Assembly (NCBI GenBank): GCA_050273025.1
Contig: CP158635.1
Span: 1,054,001 to 1,118,000, forward strand
Reading direction: 5' to 3'
Length of the DNA: 64,000 nucleotides
From: Cenococcum geophilum
Taxonomy: Eukaryota
Each line of letters starts with the position of its first letter. Position 1 is the stretch's first letter. A program made the translations under genes and the position numbers. A model generated the notes under the pieces. That model was not told the DNA's origin. It made no database searches and saw only the letters and a list, made by a program, of their open reading frames with translations. Below are positions 1 through 14,341 of the stretch, in pieces.

Positions 1-1449
1 TCTTGCTATAGAGTCCGCCTAAATGTCTTCTGCTATTAAGATCCCTAATTTAGCCTTTACTCCTTAGACCTTTAATTACTTAATCCTTATCCTCTAGGTT
101 TTTATAGTTTACTCTATCTTTTATAGGCTTCTTTAGTACCACTTAGGTCTATTAGCTCTGCGCCATACTATAGTTTCTAACTTAGCTTTTATTATTATAT
201 ATTCTGCGCCTTATATAACTATAGAACTCTATCCTAGCCTCTCTTAGCCTATTCCCTTTAGTAGATCTAATTATTAATCTTAATTACCTAATCTATTAGT
301 TCCCTTAGGGTGTCCGCATCTTCCATTAGAATAATTACGTCCTAGACTTTAGCCTTAAGTCCCTATTTATACTGTGCCATAAGCGCCCTATTATTCCACT
401 CTACTTATATTGCTAGCGTCTGGAACTATATTATATACTTAATTACTAAAGTTCGTTATACGAGGTTCTAGAGTTTTCTTTCCGCTATAGTTATTTCTTC
501 TAGGTCTCTAAATATCTACGTAAGTCGTTCTACAAATCCTTCCCAACTTAAGAATATAAATCGCATATCTTAATTAGTAGTCGTTATTCCGTTTACCTAT
601 ATCTCCATAAGGTAAGATTTAAACCACTTAAGTGCTTTTCCTAATAAGAATAGTCCTGTATAGGCTATCCAATCCACAGGTATAGGTAACTTTACTCCCT
701 CCTATAAGACCTTAAAGTACATTTATATAAGAAATCCTTTAAGCTTTAACCTCTCTCCTATAAATCTCTTAATTAATAGTAGCTTAATCTTTACTGCTCC
801 TATCCTATTAAGTCTTTCTTCCAACACTATATTATTAGCTATTAGCTAGTTAACTATTTCCTATAGCTATCCGATCGTCATAGGTTGCTATAAGTTAGTA
901 TCTGCTATACTAGTATCACCTCCTGTCCTTAAAGTAGTTGCTGCTGTTAATAGCGTTATAGTAGCTGCTTTTAGTGGCATGTTATTTAACTTCTTATATT
1001 AATACTATAACTAGGTAGTAATTATATAACGGAACCTTATAGCAAGAACTATAATAGGCTCGTTATTAGGCTAGGTATATAGGAAATGCAAGTATAAAAG
1101 TTAAGAACGTAATAATAACTAGTAGAGTGGTTGCCTAATAGATTAACTCCAATTATATTCTAAGAATCACTATAAAGAAGGAACTATCTAGGTAGAGACT
1201 AAGGGTCCTTAAATACATAACCGTACTCCTATGAAATCCTTCTTATACGTGATGTACGTCTTATATATAAGGTATATAAGTTCCTCTCGTTCCTCTCGTT
1301 TAATACGTAGCACATTATATGACCTTAGTTACCATTCCTCGTCACATGGTTCTATCGGCTCTATCCTAGACCGTGCCTAAATTAACCAACTAGCTTCTTC
1401 CGTCTCTTCTCCAAGTAGTCGTAACATCGTACTTAAAGCGTCCGTAATA
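1..1449 (-). mobile_element. Gypsy-type LTR retrotransposon family A: 5' LTR (1025-1449) plus RIPed gag, running off the window
   Basis: Reverse complement of 45434-47300. gag starts ATG at 980 and includes a de-RIPed FxGERSKLKGFL-type motif. It interrupts the Gypsy element that continues at 1450. Confidence 0.85.
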
Positions 1450-4400
1450 ATTATACCACCCGCACTAGAGACTTAAAAAGTCGGTAATAGCCTAGATAAG
1501 TCCCTAATAGAGAACTTAGGCCCCATACAGCCATAAAGAAAGGCTAGGAATATTAGATAATATACTAAACTAATAGACTAAAAGGACAATTTATAGAAAA
1601 TAGAACGTGAGCTAAGGAAGACTATAAACCCTATACCGTAAAATACGGCCTAATAAATATCCGTAAAGAAACCCAAAAACCTCCCACTAGTTAATATCTA
1701 CTATATTAGCGCTATAGGATTCTACTAGAACCTAGTTTAGCCTAATACCGTTATCTTTATAACTTGCTTATACAAAATTAATTAAATAATTAAAGAGAAA
1801 GAAGCCCTAGCCTAAGAGAAAGGTAAGCTTATAAATAAGGAGCTAGTAAAACAGAAACTGCCCCGTTAATACTAGGAATTTAAAAATACCTTTTTTAAAG
1901 TAGTATCTAATATACTTTCGCCTCACCAACCGTATAATTATAAAATTAAAATTAAGCCGGATAAGGTGGTTACCCTTAGCTATAGCCCCCTCCGATAGCA
2001 ATCTATTGCTAAATTATAGGCTATAAAGTAGTATCTTATTAATAACCTAAATAAGGGCTTTATTAAGCCTAGTTAAGCCCTTTTTAACTTATCTATTCTC
2101 TTTACTAAAAAGCTAAATAGAGGACTTTATTTCTGTATTAACTACTATAAGCTTAATAATTTAACCCTTAAAGACTACTACCCACCACCTTTACTTAATA
2201 AGACTTTGGCCCGAATAAGTAGAGCTAAGATCTTTATAAAGCTTAATATCTGCTAGGCTTTTTACTAAATTAGGATAAACCCTAAATTAGAAAACCTTAC
2301 TATGTTTTAGACCTATTACAGAACATATAAATATAAAGTACTACCTTTTAGACTAACTAACGGACCGGCTATATACTAACAATACATAAATAATATACTA
2401 TTTAACTACCTTAATAACTTCTATACAGTATACCTAGATAATATTATAATCTACTCTAAAAATAAACTGGAATATAAAGAGCATATCTATAAAGTCCTAT
2501 AACGGCTTTAGGAAGATAGCCTCTAAGCCAATATTAAGAAGTTAGAATTTAGTATTAAGCATATAAAGTACCTAGGGTTTATTATTAGTATAAGCGGAAT
2601 TAAGGCAGACCTAAAAAAGACGGCTATAATTAACTAATAGGTACCCCCAAGGGCCGTAAAGGGGGTGTAGTTATTCTTAGGGTTCTATAACTTCTACTAA
2701 CGCTTTATTAAAAACTATAGTAGGATTACCTGGCTACTAAGCCTACTTACTTATAAAAACCGGCCCTTTTACTTTAATACCATATATAGGCAGGCCTTTA
2801 ACGAGCTTAAGAAACGACTGGTCTCTACTCCCTTACTCGCCCTCTTTAATCTAAAACGGCCCTTAATGCTAAAAACCGATGCCTTAGATAGCGTTATAGC
2901 TAGCGTTTACTCCTAAAAGCAGATTAACGGAGAATAGTACCTTATTACTTACTATTTAAAGACTATAGTAGATGCTAAGCTAAACTACCTAATTCACGAT
3001 AAAGAAATACTAGCTATTATCTTTAGCTTTTAGCACTAGCGAGCCTAACTAGAGGGCACCCTTAAGTCTATCTAGGTAGTTTCCAATTATAAGGCCTTAG
3101 AATATTTTATAATAATAAAGGCCTTTATAGCCTAATAGGCGCGCTAGGCAGATACCTTATCTTAGTTTAACTTCCTAATTATATATAGGCTTAGCGCCAC
3201 TAACCGTATGGACGCTCTTATAAGGCGTAAACAGAATATAAATAACCAGACAGCTGTAAAGATCTTATTATAAATCTAGGCGCTACTATAACTAAAGCAC
3301 CTTAACCCTTAGATATAGGCAGAACTAAATATAGACTCTTTAGATGCTAAGATATGCCCTATTAACTCTATAGAACTGGACCTTATTAATAAACTACTAC
3401 AGGTAAACTATACGGCCCCTTCTCTATAAGAGTACCGTAAAAAGGTAAAGAATGTTTCTAGCCTATAGTCCCTTAAAAGTAGACTACTTAAGTACCATAA
3501 ATAGCTAGTGGTAGTAGAGAAATAAAACTTATAGACTTAGCTTATTGCCGAAGCATATACCTAGGTCTCTACGGCCTACCCTAAAAAAAATAAAACCCGT
3601 AGGATTATTAGCGACCGCTACTACTAGCCCGGAATAATTATAGATATTAACCGCTATATACAAAACTGCAATAACTGCTATAGGTCTATAATTCCACAAG
3701 ATAAGACCCTAAGACTATTAAAACCCCTCCTAATACCTAACCGCCCCTAGTAATATATCTCTATAGACTTTTATAAGCTACCTCTAAACCGTAATAGATA
3801 TAATATAGTTATAATTCTAGTTAATCGCTTTAGCAAGCGCCCGTTCTTAATTCCCTATTACAAAAATATTAATACTAAAGAGGCGGCCTAATTATATATC
3901 TACTACGTCTACTAAATTTACGAACTACTAGATACTATTATATCTAATTATAAGCCGTAGTTTATATTAGCCTTTTAGAATAAGTTTACCTAGATCCTAG
4001 GTATTAAGCTAAAGCTTTTTATAGTATATTACCCCTAAATAGATAGTTAAACGGAGATTATAAATTAATACTTGGACTAAAGACTCTGGGCTTTTATTAA
4101 CTACTTCTAAGATAACTAGGCTAAACTATTACCCTTAATAGACTACACCTAAGTAACCCTACCCCACGACTCTACCGGATTTGCCCCTATTTAACTAGAA
4201 ATGGGTTACCTACCCTATATAAGCTTTAACTGGGAAAGACTAGAAGGGCCCTAGACTATACGCGAAAAACTATCTTATAAGGAAGCCTAGCAGTACGCTA
4301 AGCGCTTAGAGGAAGCCTAGAAAGTAGCCCATATAAACCTAAAAAAGGCCTAAAAATTAATAAAATAGTAGGCGAATAAGTATAGGCGCGAGCCTAACTT

Positions 4401-5430
4401 TACGGTAGGTGTAAGCTTTACAGTGTGTGGGATTAAACAAGCAACTTGATTGTAAATCTATGGAAATCAAGAGGTATATATACATGAAATGGTAGCTGAA
4501 ATAGGAACAGTAATCTGCAAGCAATATTGATCTGCGATCAATATATAGGGTGGCGTTAAGGCTGTTTGGGCAGCACCCGTAGTCGGTTACAGTAGGTAAT
4601 ATAGTCTAGGTTATAACAAAGAACTGAAAGATAGAACGGCCTAGCTATAAGCTAGACTATAAAATGGTAGGACTATATAAGATTCTTAATAAAGTAGGCA
4701 ACTTATACAAGGTTAAGCTCCCAGACTCAATTAAAGTTCACCCTATTTTTTTACTAGATAAGCTACAGAAAGCTATAAATAACCTACTGCCTGGATAAAA
4801 GAATAAACCTCCCCTACCAATTTAAGTTAATAGCAATAATAAATAGGAAATTAAAGAAATACTGGCCTATAAACTCGTAAAGGGAACGTTAAAGTATTGT
4901 ATTAATTAGAAAGGATATAACCTAAACCCCATTTAGTACCCTATATAGAACTTTATAGGTAGTCCCTATAAGCTTTAAGAGTTTTATAGCTATTACCCTA
5001 ATAAACCTAGACTGCTAAAGTACCTAGATAAGTAGATAGAATGCTAGTATAATAAAGATAATAAGCTACCAGAAGAACATAAGGACAAAAATACCCCGGA
5101 AATTTCTTAGTTATATAAGGTCTTAAGATATCCAGGAACTTTAACTAGCGGTTAAAGTTGTCTAATTAGTCAGGTTCTCTTACTAAGACTTTTAGCGATA
5201 AAGCCTGAGGGCAGGCTTTTTGGAGGGGGGGGGTAATGTTATAGTATTGGCAGAACTTTGCGGTTACGTAACTAGAGATATCTGCATAAAAGAACCCTTC
5301 TTTAACTAGCGTTACTCTCCTTCTCCTTTCCTTTCTCTAGCTTTAGATTCTCGTTTATAGACAATCCAATTATATAGGCTTGCGCGTCCCTTTTACCGTG
5401 CCTATGCCTCGATTAACTAAGTCGCTAATA
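1450..5430 (+). mobile_element. RIPed Ty3/Gypsy chromovirus, 3' part (RT-RNaseH-IN-chromodomain, PPT, 3' LTR 5237-5430)
   Basis: De-RIPed YLDDIMIY at ~2431-2454, integrase HHCC region ~3555-3680, chromodomain WEIEEILA ~4843, G-rich PPT 5222-5233 followed by TGTT. Confidence 0.9.
4410..4591. mobile_element. Solo LTR (182 bp), little RIP
   Basis: TGTAAG...GTTACA termini with exact 5-bp TSD GTAGG (4405-4409, 4592-4596). Related to 20644-20857. Confidence 0.9.
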
Positions 5431-7095
5431 AAAGTAAGGTTATATTCTTTAACACCTTAGCATATACTAATAACTTAATTACATAGGCTGAAATCCTCTT
5501 AATATAATTTGAATAAACCGCGTTAAATTATCTAAAGTTAATTAAAGAGCTTTTAAAGATAATTAAGCCGAGGGATACCTGGGCTTATAGCAATAATCCT
5601 TAAAAAGGTAGTCTCTCTCCATTCTAATATATACTATTACTTATTCTCTTCTATTTTAAAATAGTATCTTAACTTATATATTATACGGTCAAAATTATAT
5701 TCTTTTCTTGCTAAATAATTATAATTGAAGGTACTAGCTTAGCCCTTAAGCATAACAGAATAGGCGTTATAGTATTAATTAGACTCTATTCCTACCTTCT
5801 AGTAATAGTTATAAAAGATACATAGTTTAGAATTAAGAATATTATATAATTCCTCGCTAAACTTCTTCTCCTAATCTAAATAGAGCTTCGTAAGCTCTAT
5901 AAGCAATTTTAAACTACCTCTAATTTAAGATTAAGATAGAGGAGGTAGGGGTTATATTATAGGCTATAGTGGGGACGTAGGTCTAGTTAATAGAGTCTAA
6001 AGGTTATTAGATTACAAAGTAATAGAATTCTATACCTATTCTTATTAGGGTATAATATCCAAAGTTAAAGTTACGGGTTAAATTGGATATAAAGGAGTTA
6101 AAGGGGGAGGTAGTTTTATCTCTAGAGGTATATTGCTTAGATTCTATTGTAAGTTAAGCTTCCTTATAGTATGAAGTTAATGCTTAATCTCTTATAGAGT
6201 CTATTTATGCTGTTCTTTTACGTTAATAACCTACTCCTAAATATTGTTTCTAATAGTACCCCTATTTATAGGTATAAAGACTCTATACTCCTATAAGAAG
6301 TTACGGAAGTTTTATATAATATCCTTTTTTATAGGAGTTTATATTCCCTTTATCTATCTAATAAAGTCCTCCCTTATACAGTACTATAGTATAGTGTCAT
6401 TGTATTCGCTGTCTTTGTAGTATACTATATAGTGTAATAAGAATCCGTTTAAGTCTTGCTAATTAACATCTTTAAGGTTAGTTATATCGGTGTTCTATAT
6501 CTCTAGGTTAATATCATCCTCATACTTCTTTAGGTAAGTTAACGCCATAATAGCTATTATTAAAGGTTGTTTAACGTGTAATTAGGTAGTAATCGTAATT
6601 TTATAGTCTGCGAAGGTACATAGAGGGTATTAAGGTAGTTGTTTAACGCGTTTTAGACGTTAACTTAGGACCTTAGGTTTAGTAATACTTCTAACCTAAA
6701 GTACTTAACTAAATCTTTATAAACGCGGTTATTCTATATAATAGACGTAACTTAGTATCTCCTAGTACTTAGTAACACTTCTATTACTAGTTTTCCGTAA
6801 GTTTAAAGTAGTATAGTATCGCTAGGATCCATTCCATATAAGCGTATATAGCACCCCTATATAAGACTATCTCTTCTATTTAAAAACCTAACTACTCTAT
6901 AGTTAACTGTATATTTAACCACTAATTAGTATTAGTTATATAGAGTAACTTACTAATAACGACTACTCGAGTAGGTTATAGTGATGTTAGTTAATAAAGC
7001 TTATTAATTAGAATGAGGAAGGGCGAGGAGCTTAAGACTCCTCGCTATACTAGTGCCGCGGTGTTACGTGATAACCGCTTGCCTTATTTATAATA
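5431..7095 (-). mobile_element. RIPed Copia element, 5' part (LTR 6930-7095 plus gag), related to 24697-30957
   Basis: Reverse complement aligns by eye with 24697-26575, including the CTAATTAGT junction after the LTR. Interrupted at 5430 by the Gypsy element. Confidence 0.85.
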
Positions 7096-8225
7096 ATAAC
7101 TACTCTAGCCCTAGCGTTAATTATTTATAAGCTTTTTAAGCAGAGCAGTTTATATAGAAGTAGTCGATTAAATTTTTTCTAATATTTAAAAGAAGTTAAC
7201 CTTTTCTATAGAGGTAAAGTAGTTAAACTTGTTAAAATATAGCTGCCTAAGTAGTGCATTAAGTTCTTAGATAAGTTTTGTTAAGAAAATATCCCCTACT
7301 AATATATAACTAGTTAATTAAAGGGCTGTATAAACCTCTGCTTATTCTAAAGTAGAATATAATAATAAGATCTACTAACTAATATAGAGGCTACCTAATC
7401 TACTATTAACATTCTCTGTAATCTATGCTTTAAGGAATTTCCTAATATTAAAGTTATTCTACTGCTATAGTATATATATCGCCTATAGCTTTTAGAGCTA
7501 AAAAAAAGAGCTCCTCTGTTATCTAATTCGCCTTTAGTAATTAGTAGGGGGTATAATTACTTGCCTTTAAGACGACTAAGATATAGAGGACGGTATTAAG
7601 GGGGAAAGAGAGTTAATATTAGAGAGTAGGGAGGATAAAAACGCGTTAGTATTTACCTAAATACTAAAAGCGCGTAACTTGTAAGGAAGTAGTATTCCTA
7701 TTATAAAAAAGTAATTAATTATAGAGGAGACTGGTCTAACTCGACTTATTAGCTTATTAGGTTAAATAGGTATTATTAGGGAGTTAAATATATAGGTAAA
7801 AGTGTCTCTTATATAAAATTGCGGAAATTAAAGTTAAGCGCCATAGAGTTCCGCACTTAGACAGCAGGGCAAACTTAAGGTTAGTAGATAGCTAATTAGT
7901 TAAAAAAAAGTGACGTTTTCCTAGGCGGAGACTAGTGACATTATAGTATTAGTGAGTACGCCTTAAGTTCTACCCTTGCCGTTTAAGTCGCTTACTAAGA
8001 TAAAGAAGGCGCTAAAACCGATCGCCCTATAAAACGGGGACTAGGCGAGTTACGTAGGGGCTACGTGCTTACGTACTTAACGTACTAAATATACTTATGT
8101 ACTATACTGCCTCGGGGCATCCGGTTAAAAGCGCGTGTTAATTACGCTAACTAAAATGTGTACATTTGTACCCAAAAGTAGGTAAAAATACGTTAAAATG
8201 GCCGTGCTTATTACTTCAAAAGGTA

Positions 8226-8660
8226 ACGTGTTTCACCACTCAGTGGCCCACCCCACTTAGTGGCCCACTCTGTTTTCTTACCAAAAATCACAAAAACCAT
8301 AGCATAATATCTTAATAACTACTTAATAATAAATTATAAAAATTTATATTTAAGCTTATATATATACTCTACCTCTTTTCTTTTAATTTTAGACAAATTT
8401 ATTAGGTAGTTATAAAGATATATAGTTATAGACTGTAAATTCTACTCTAATCTTTATATATCTATAATTACTAAACAAATTACTCTAAAATTCTTTAATA
8501 TTAAAAGGGAAGAGGTAATATACGTATAAGTGCCTAAATATAAAATTTTAGAAGTTATTATTAAGTAGCTGTTAAGATATTATACTATGATTTTTATGAT
8601 TTTTGGTGAGAAATAAAGTGGGCCACTAAGTGGGGTGGGCTACTAAATGGTAGAACACGT
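8226..8660. mobile_element. MITE of Tc1/mariner (pogo/Fot1-like) type, 435 bp
   Basis: TIRs ACGTGTTTCACCACTCAGTGGCCCACCCCACTTAGTGGCCCAC / GTGGGCCACTAAGTGGGGTGGGCTACTAAATGGTAGAACACGT, TA flanks at 8224-8225 and 8661-8662, imperfect inverted symmetry over most of its length, no ORF. Confidence 0.9.
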
Positions 8661-8989
8661 TATAAATTCTGCCGATTGATTACTAAGATCGATACGCGCT
8701 TTCAATTGGAGTTAATAAGGTGGTATATATACCGAACGTACTTAATATACTAACGTACTGGTATGAGGTAAGTATATAGATAGGGAGTCCAATTAATAGA
8801 ATAATAGGGTATATTGTATAAACAGACGAATCCTTAAGGGAAAGGAGGAGTCTATATACGAGCCTATAGGATAGTTAAAAATAAAATCTTATTAGATAAG
8901 ATCCGATAAATAATCGTTATTTGTTGTTATCTTATTTATTCGCTTAATTTAAATAATCTCTTAGCGTCCCCTACCAAAATCTCTAACCC

Positions 8990-11140
8990 TAGGATAACTA
9001 TACTATAATTCTCTATTTTAAATTAGGTATTATATAAGTAATAGCTATAAAAGCGAACTCTTCTCTTATTATAAGCACTGTCGGCTTAATTAATACTAAA
9101 ACTACTAACCGTAGTAAGAAAACAGCATCAATCTATAAGTATACCCGTGAACCGTATGCTGGAGAAGTAATATATAATAAAAATGGCAGCTTACTTATCT
9201 ACTATCTATAATACTTATACGCTAAAACGTTAATTACTAATATACGCTATTACTTAATGTTGTGTTATGGAATTATTAATATTCTATAAGAAAGTTATAT
9301 AAAAGTAGTAGCAAATGCGAAGCTATAGGAACTATATAGTAAAGCATTAGCTTAAATAGGGACAGACGATATTAATTCTTATATACTTAAGAAGGTTTTT
9401 AATAAGGAAGTTATTAATAAAGCCTTTATAGACTTAATTATTATACAAAATCTTCCTTTTTGCCCTGTTAAGTAGAGAGAATTCTATGTTTTTTTAAGGC
9501 TCTTAACCCACATTTAGGGAGCGTTATTACTTTAAGTTATACGGTTATTGCAAAAACAATTAATAATTTATTCTAATTAAAAATGGACATTATACAAAAG
9601 AAACTCCAGTCTATATTAATAAGAATTTATCTCTTTGTTAATATCTAAACCTCTCTAAAAAACTACTTCCTTCTCGCAGTCTACGCTTACTTTGTTAATA
9701 GTAAGGAGAGGCTATAAAAGGCTCTTTTTAGTCTTTATACGGTTTTAAGTTATAGCGGAGAAGATTAATAGGACGTAGTACTTTTAGTACTGTAGGAATA
9801 TAGGATTACGTAAAAAATTGGAACTCTTATTGCTAATAACTCTAGCATAAATAATACGCTTTATTGTATAATAAGTTAATATCTTTTAGAGAAAGAGGAC
9901 ATTAGATAGAATCCTATATACTAGCGAGTCCGTTATTTAGGTTACATTATTAATCTTAGTATTTAGGCTTTTTTCTTTTAGGGTGTAATTAACGTCTAGC
10001 AAATTAAGTTATATAAAGATTAAGAAGAAAATGAAAAAGAGCTAAGTAAAAAGGAGAAGGAGGAGGAGGAGCGGTTTTAGGGAATAGGCGTCCTTAGGAA
10101 GCTTTATAATATAGTTATATACACCTACTTCTTAGCTAGTTATATAAAGTAGTTTGTGGATCTTATAGGATAAAGGATTCCACTTAATAATCGTACGAGA
10201 TAGAATAGCCGGTATTGGATATTAACTATTATAATTAATAAGCAGATGGAGGTTAATTTGTATATAGACGCAAACATAAATATACTTAAGAAGGACTCTC
10301 TTACTCTATAAGACTGGCAACTCCTTTATATAATAAAGAAATTTCTCTACCTATTTTACTAGGCAATTTTAGAAACGTAAGAAAATAAAGTAATACTTAA
10401 CCGCGTACTTTGTATAATAGACATATTAATTAAGTATATAGATTTATCTCTTATACGTCTTTTTCCCTTCTTTCTTTATATTAAAACTAATACCATATAA
10501 TAGCAGCAGTATAGGTTAGGTAATAAAGTTCTTAAAACTTAAATTTAGCGTTACTAAGCTAAGTTTAATAAGTATTATTAGTAAACTAATAGTTCACCTT
10601 TATACGCCGCTATACTTATTCTCTACCTATTTCGCTGTATAGTATATATTAGAAAAGTTGAAAAGAAGGAGTAGTAGAAAGCTGTGCTATTAAAGGTAAA
10701 GGAGCTCTAGATAAGGTACTAAGACAAGAACTCTTCTATTCCTTCATTATATAAGTAAGAGTCTACGGCTAAGTTTAAGGAAGATCTTAATAAGTTTAAT
10801 AAAATTATAAAGGAGTTTAATAAGAAGATTACTTAACTAGTAAGCCAGGATAAGTATAAGAGTTACTATACTAAAGCATTATACAATATAGGAGTTTCTC
10901 CACTTAAATAGTAGATATAGGTATAGCAATAAAAGCACTAGCCGTGGCTTTTAAAGTTTGCAATTAAAATTCTATTAATATTAGCAATAAGCAACAAACT
11001 AAAAAGAGTCTTTTTAAAAGGGCGTTATATAATATTATAGAAGAGAATAAATCTTAGAATAAAGAGCGTTAAGTAAATAAAATGCTTAAAGAGCTGGAAT
11101 AAGACTAGGGTCTTAAAGGAAGAGGTTTCTAAAGAGGAAT
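8990..11140 (+). pseudogene. RIPed hAT-superfamily transposase
   Basis: De-RIPed BED-finger CKHC ~9072, IHLSVDIWTS ~9625, RVRCLGHIINL ~9925, TRWNS ~10195, dimerisation motif PAMSDEPERVF ~10981. Boundaries approximate; the element probably resumes at 20611-20950. Confidence 0.85.
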
Positions 11141-14100
11141 AGGAAAGGTTTAGGGGTGTAATTCTATTAGTGATGTAATGGGACTAGCCCAGTTATAGTA
11201 GGAATGTCTTAGTAAAACATTCGACAGATAAATTCCGACGCTTTGACCGAATTCTGCCAGATTAATTAAATTCTACTAAAGTCCGTCGAAGACCGCGTGC
11301 GTATATACGCACGCATCGACCACTAAGCCCCTAACTATTTAATTATATAATTCTCTTGTTATTCCCTTGTCTTCTTTATATAACATCTTATTCTTAGCAA
11401 GAGCTATATACCCTTAAATTTAGATAGAATTAATATTATTCCTTTAAATCTTCCCTAAAGTCTCTCCGTGCCCTTATATTACGTTATATTAATATTAATA
11501 TCCTTAAAATAGTAAATAAACTCAAATCCGCCACGTTAACTATTATAGCCCTAGTTAGAGAATAAATGACTATAATATAACAGTCCTTTATAGATGCCTT
11601 AGCCTAGTAATAAACTCTACAAAGAGCTTAGTATTAGTAATTAATTAAAGCAATACACAAAGAACTCTATAACGCTAAAGTACTCGCATTAGAGACCCTA
11701 ATAGTAACACCTATAAATAAAATTAAAATAATTATATGCAAACCTAACCTATTAAATATAAACCCCAAACTAGTAATAGTAGCTTAACTTATACCTATAA
11801 CAAACCTAGTACCTACTATAAAATTTAAAAAGCTCCCTAATTCTCTAATATTTAATAGAAATTAAAATAACCTATATCTCTTTATAACTAAGCTCCATTT
11901 TAAACTTTTAATAAACTATAACTAATACCCTATTAAAGCTAGCAAGATTAGCTATAGAATATCTTATTTAAGTAAAAACGCTATATAAACTATAGACCCA
12001 TTCTTCTATAATAATACCTTTATTAATTTTAAAATCTTTATCTCTCTACTAGAATAAATATATAATAACGCTAGCTATAAACTTAAAAACCTATAATAAC
12101 GGAACTGAGACTTTACTAGCTTCTTTTTAAAGTTTTTAGGCCTTATTAGTAAACTAGATTAGAATAAAGCCGCTAGAGTTACTACTCTCTATTAAGCTAT
12201 TTTAGATAAAATTAGAGTATAGTTAGTAGGCAGAGAACTGCTAAAGGACTTACCTAAATTTACTATAATATATTAATAAATTAATAAGGACCTTTAATAT
12301 AATAAATAGACTTATTTCTTAAAACTAACTATACCTTATATTTAAAACTCTATAAAACTAATATATACCTTAAAGCGCGACCCATTTCTAAGACCTAAAA
12401 GCCCTATATATAACCCTATAGACCTTAACACTACTTAATCCTATACACCCTTAGGAACTAATAAATAAAGAATATAAGCTATAAATAGAGAATGTTTTAG
12501 ATATAGAAAAAAGGGATATATTTAAAGGGATTATCAAACTTACCCTTTTAAAAAGGTCCGCTATAGCTCCTTTTAATCCTTAAGTTGCACTCGTTCTATA
12601 AATTATATTTAGTTACTGTAAAGCATCTTACCTTTAGTTAATTTAGAAAACAAATTATTTTAGGGCTAAGTTACACCTTAAAATAAAAATTAAAAGAGCA
12701 TAAGTGTTTAGGCTTTTTTAGCGCTAATATATAATATAACTCCCTTAATATACCCAGCAAAATTTAAATACTTAAAAAATGGAAGAAAGTATAAATCCTT
12801 ATAGATAGCGGAGCTATTAGTATAGGCTTTATTAATATAAACTACGCGAAAACTTAATACTTAAATTTAAAGAAACTTAATAAGCCCTAAGGCCTATAAG
12901 GCTTTAATAGTAAGCCTTTAATATATAGCGAACTAATATACTACGCTCTTATAAAGATGCGGATAGGTAAATACCTTAAATATATTTCCCTATTTATAAT
13001 ACCCTTAAAGTATTATAAAGTAATACTTAGATATAGATAGCTAAAATAACATAACCCTTTAATTAGCTAGGTTAAAGAAACACTAAAATTCCGTATAACC
13101 TACTACCAAAGTTATTACTTAAAATACTACTTACTCTATAAATATATATATAACTATTTAAATTTAATATAATATAAATTGCCCTTACTATAAACCTTAA
13201 ACTAATATAATAAAGTTATAACTACTAATCGCGGTAAAGAATGTAAAGATAATATATTTAAACTGCTTAAAATTTATATAGTATAAGCTGCACCCTTTTA
13301 CTTATTAGTAAGAAAATAAGATTATAAGATCTTTACTATAATACTAAAAGATATTAAGAAAGTATTAGAACTAAAGTAATATATTAACCCCTAACCTCTT
13401 ATACCTAAAGAATATTACAATCTAATTAATACGTTTAAGAAATAATTTATAAACTAACTACCTCCGCATTAAGATAAGTATAATTTTAAAATAAAACTTA
13501 AACCTAGTATAACGCTAAAGTCCGGCCCGTTATACGGTATATTATAAGAAGAGCTACTTATAATATAATAATACCTTAAAGAGCACCTAAAAAAAGGATT
13601 TATTCGCCTTAGTTAATTACTATTTGCCTTATTTATATTATTTATTAAAAAACCTAGAGGAGGCTTAAGGTTCTATATTAATTATTAAGCCCTAAATATA
13701 ATTATAATTTAAAACCAATATCTAATTCCTCTACTTTAAGAAACGCTGAACTATTTAGTAAAAGTATAATACTTTATAAAGCTTAATATAGTCACTGCCT
13801 TTAATTAAATCCGTATTTATAAAGGACATAAGAAGTATACGGATTTCCGTATATAATAGGGACTTTTTAAATACCTAGTAATACTATTTAGTGTAAAAAA
13901 TAGTCCTAATACGTTTTAGTAATATATTAATAATAAGCTTCGCGAATTCCTTAATACATTTATTACTATATATATTAATAATATCTTAATCTACTTATCT
14001 TTACTTTTTAAGCATTAGAAGTACGTCTAAATAGTCCTTAAACACTTATAAGACGCGGGCTTATAATGCAATATTAAGAAATATAAGTTCTATATATCTA

Positions 14101-14341
14101 AAGTTATATACTTAGGCCTAATTATATCCCGTAACGGAATTAAAATAAACTCTAAGAAAATTGCTATAATTATAAACTAGGAAAGTCCTAGTAGTATATA
14201 AGATATCTAAGGAATTTTAGGATTTATAAATTTCTACTATTAATTTATTAATTACTTTTTAAAAATTGTTTAGCTATTAGTAAACTTAATAAGGAAGAAT
14301 ATAAGATTTAAATAAACTACTAAATATAAATAAGCTTTTAA

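Noticed and set aside
7096..8220. MULE or other transposon relic
   Set aside because: RIPed, but no diagnostic motif, TIR or TSD could be supported.
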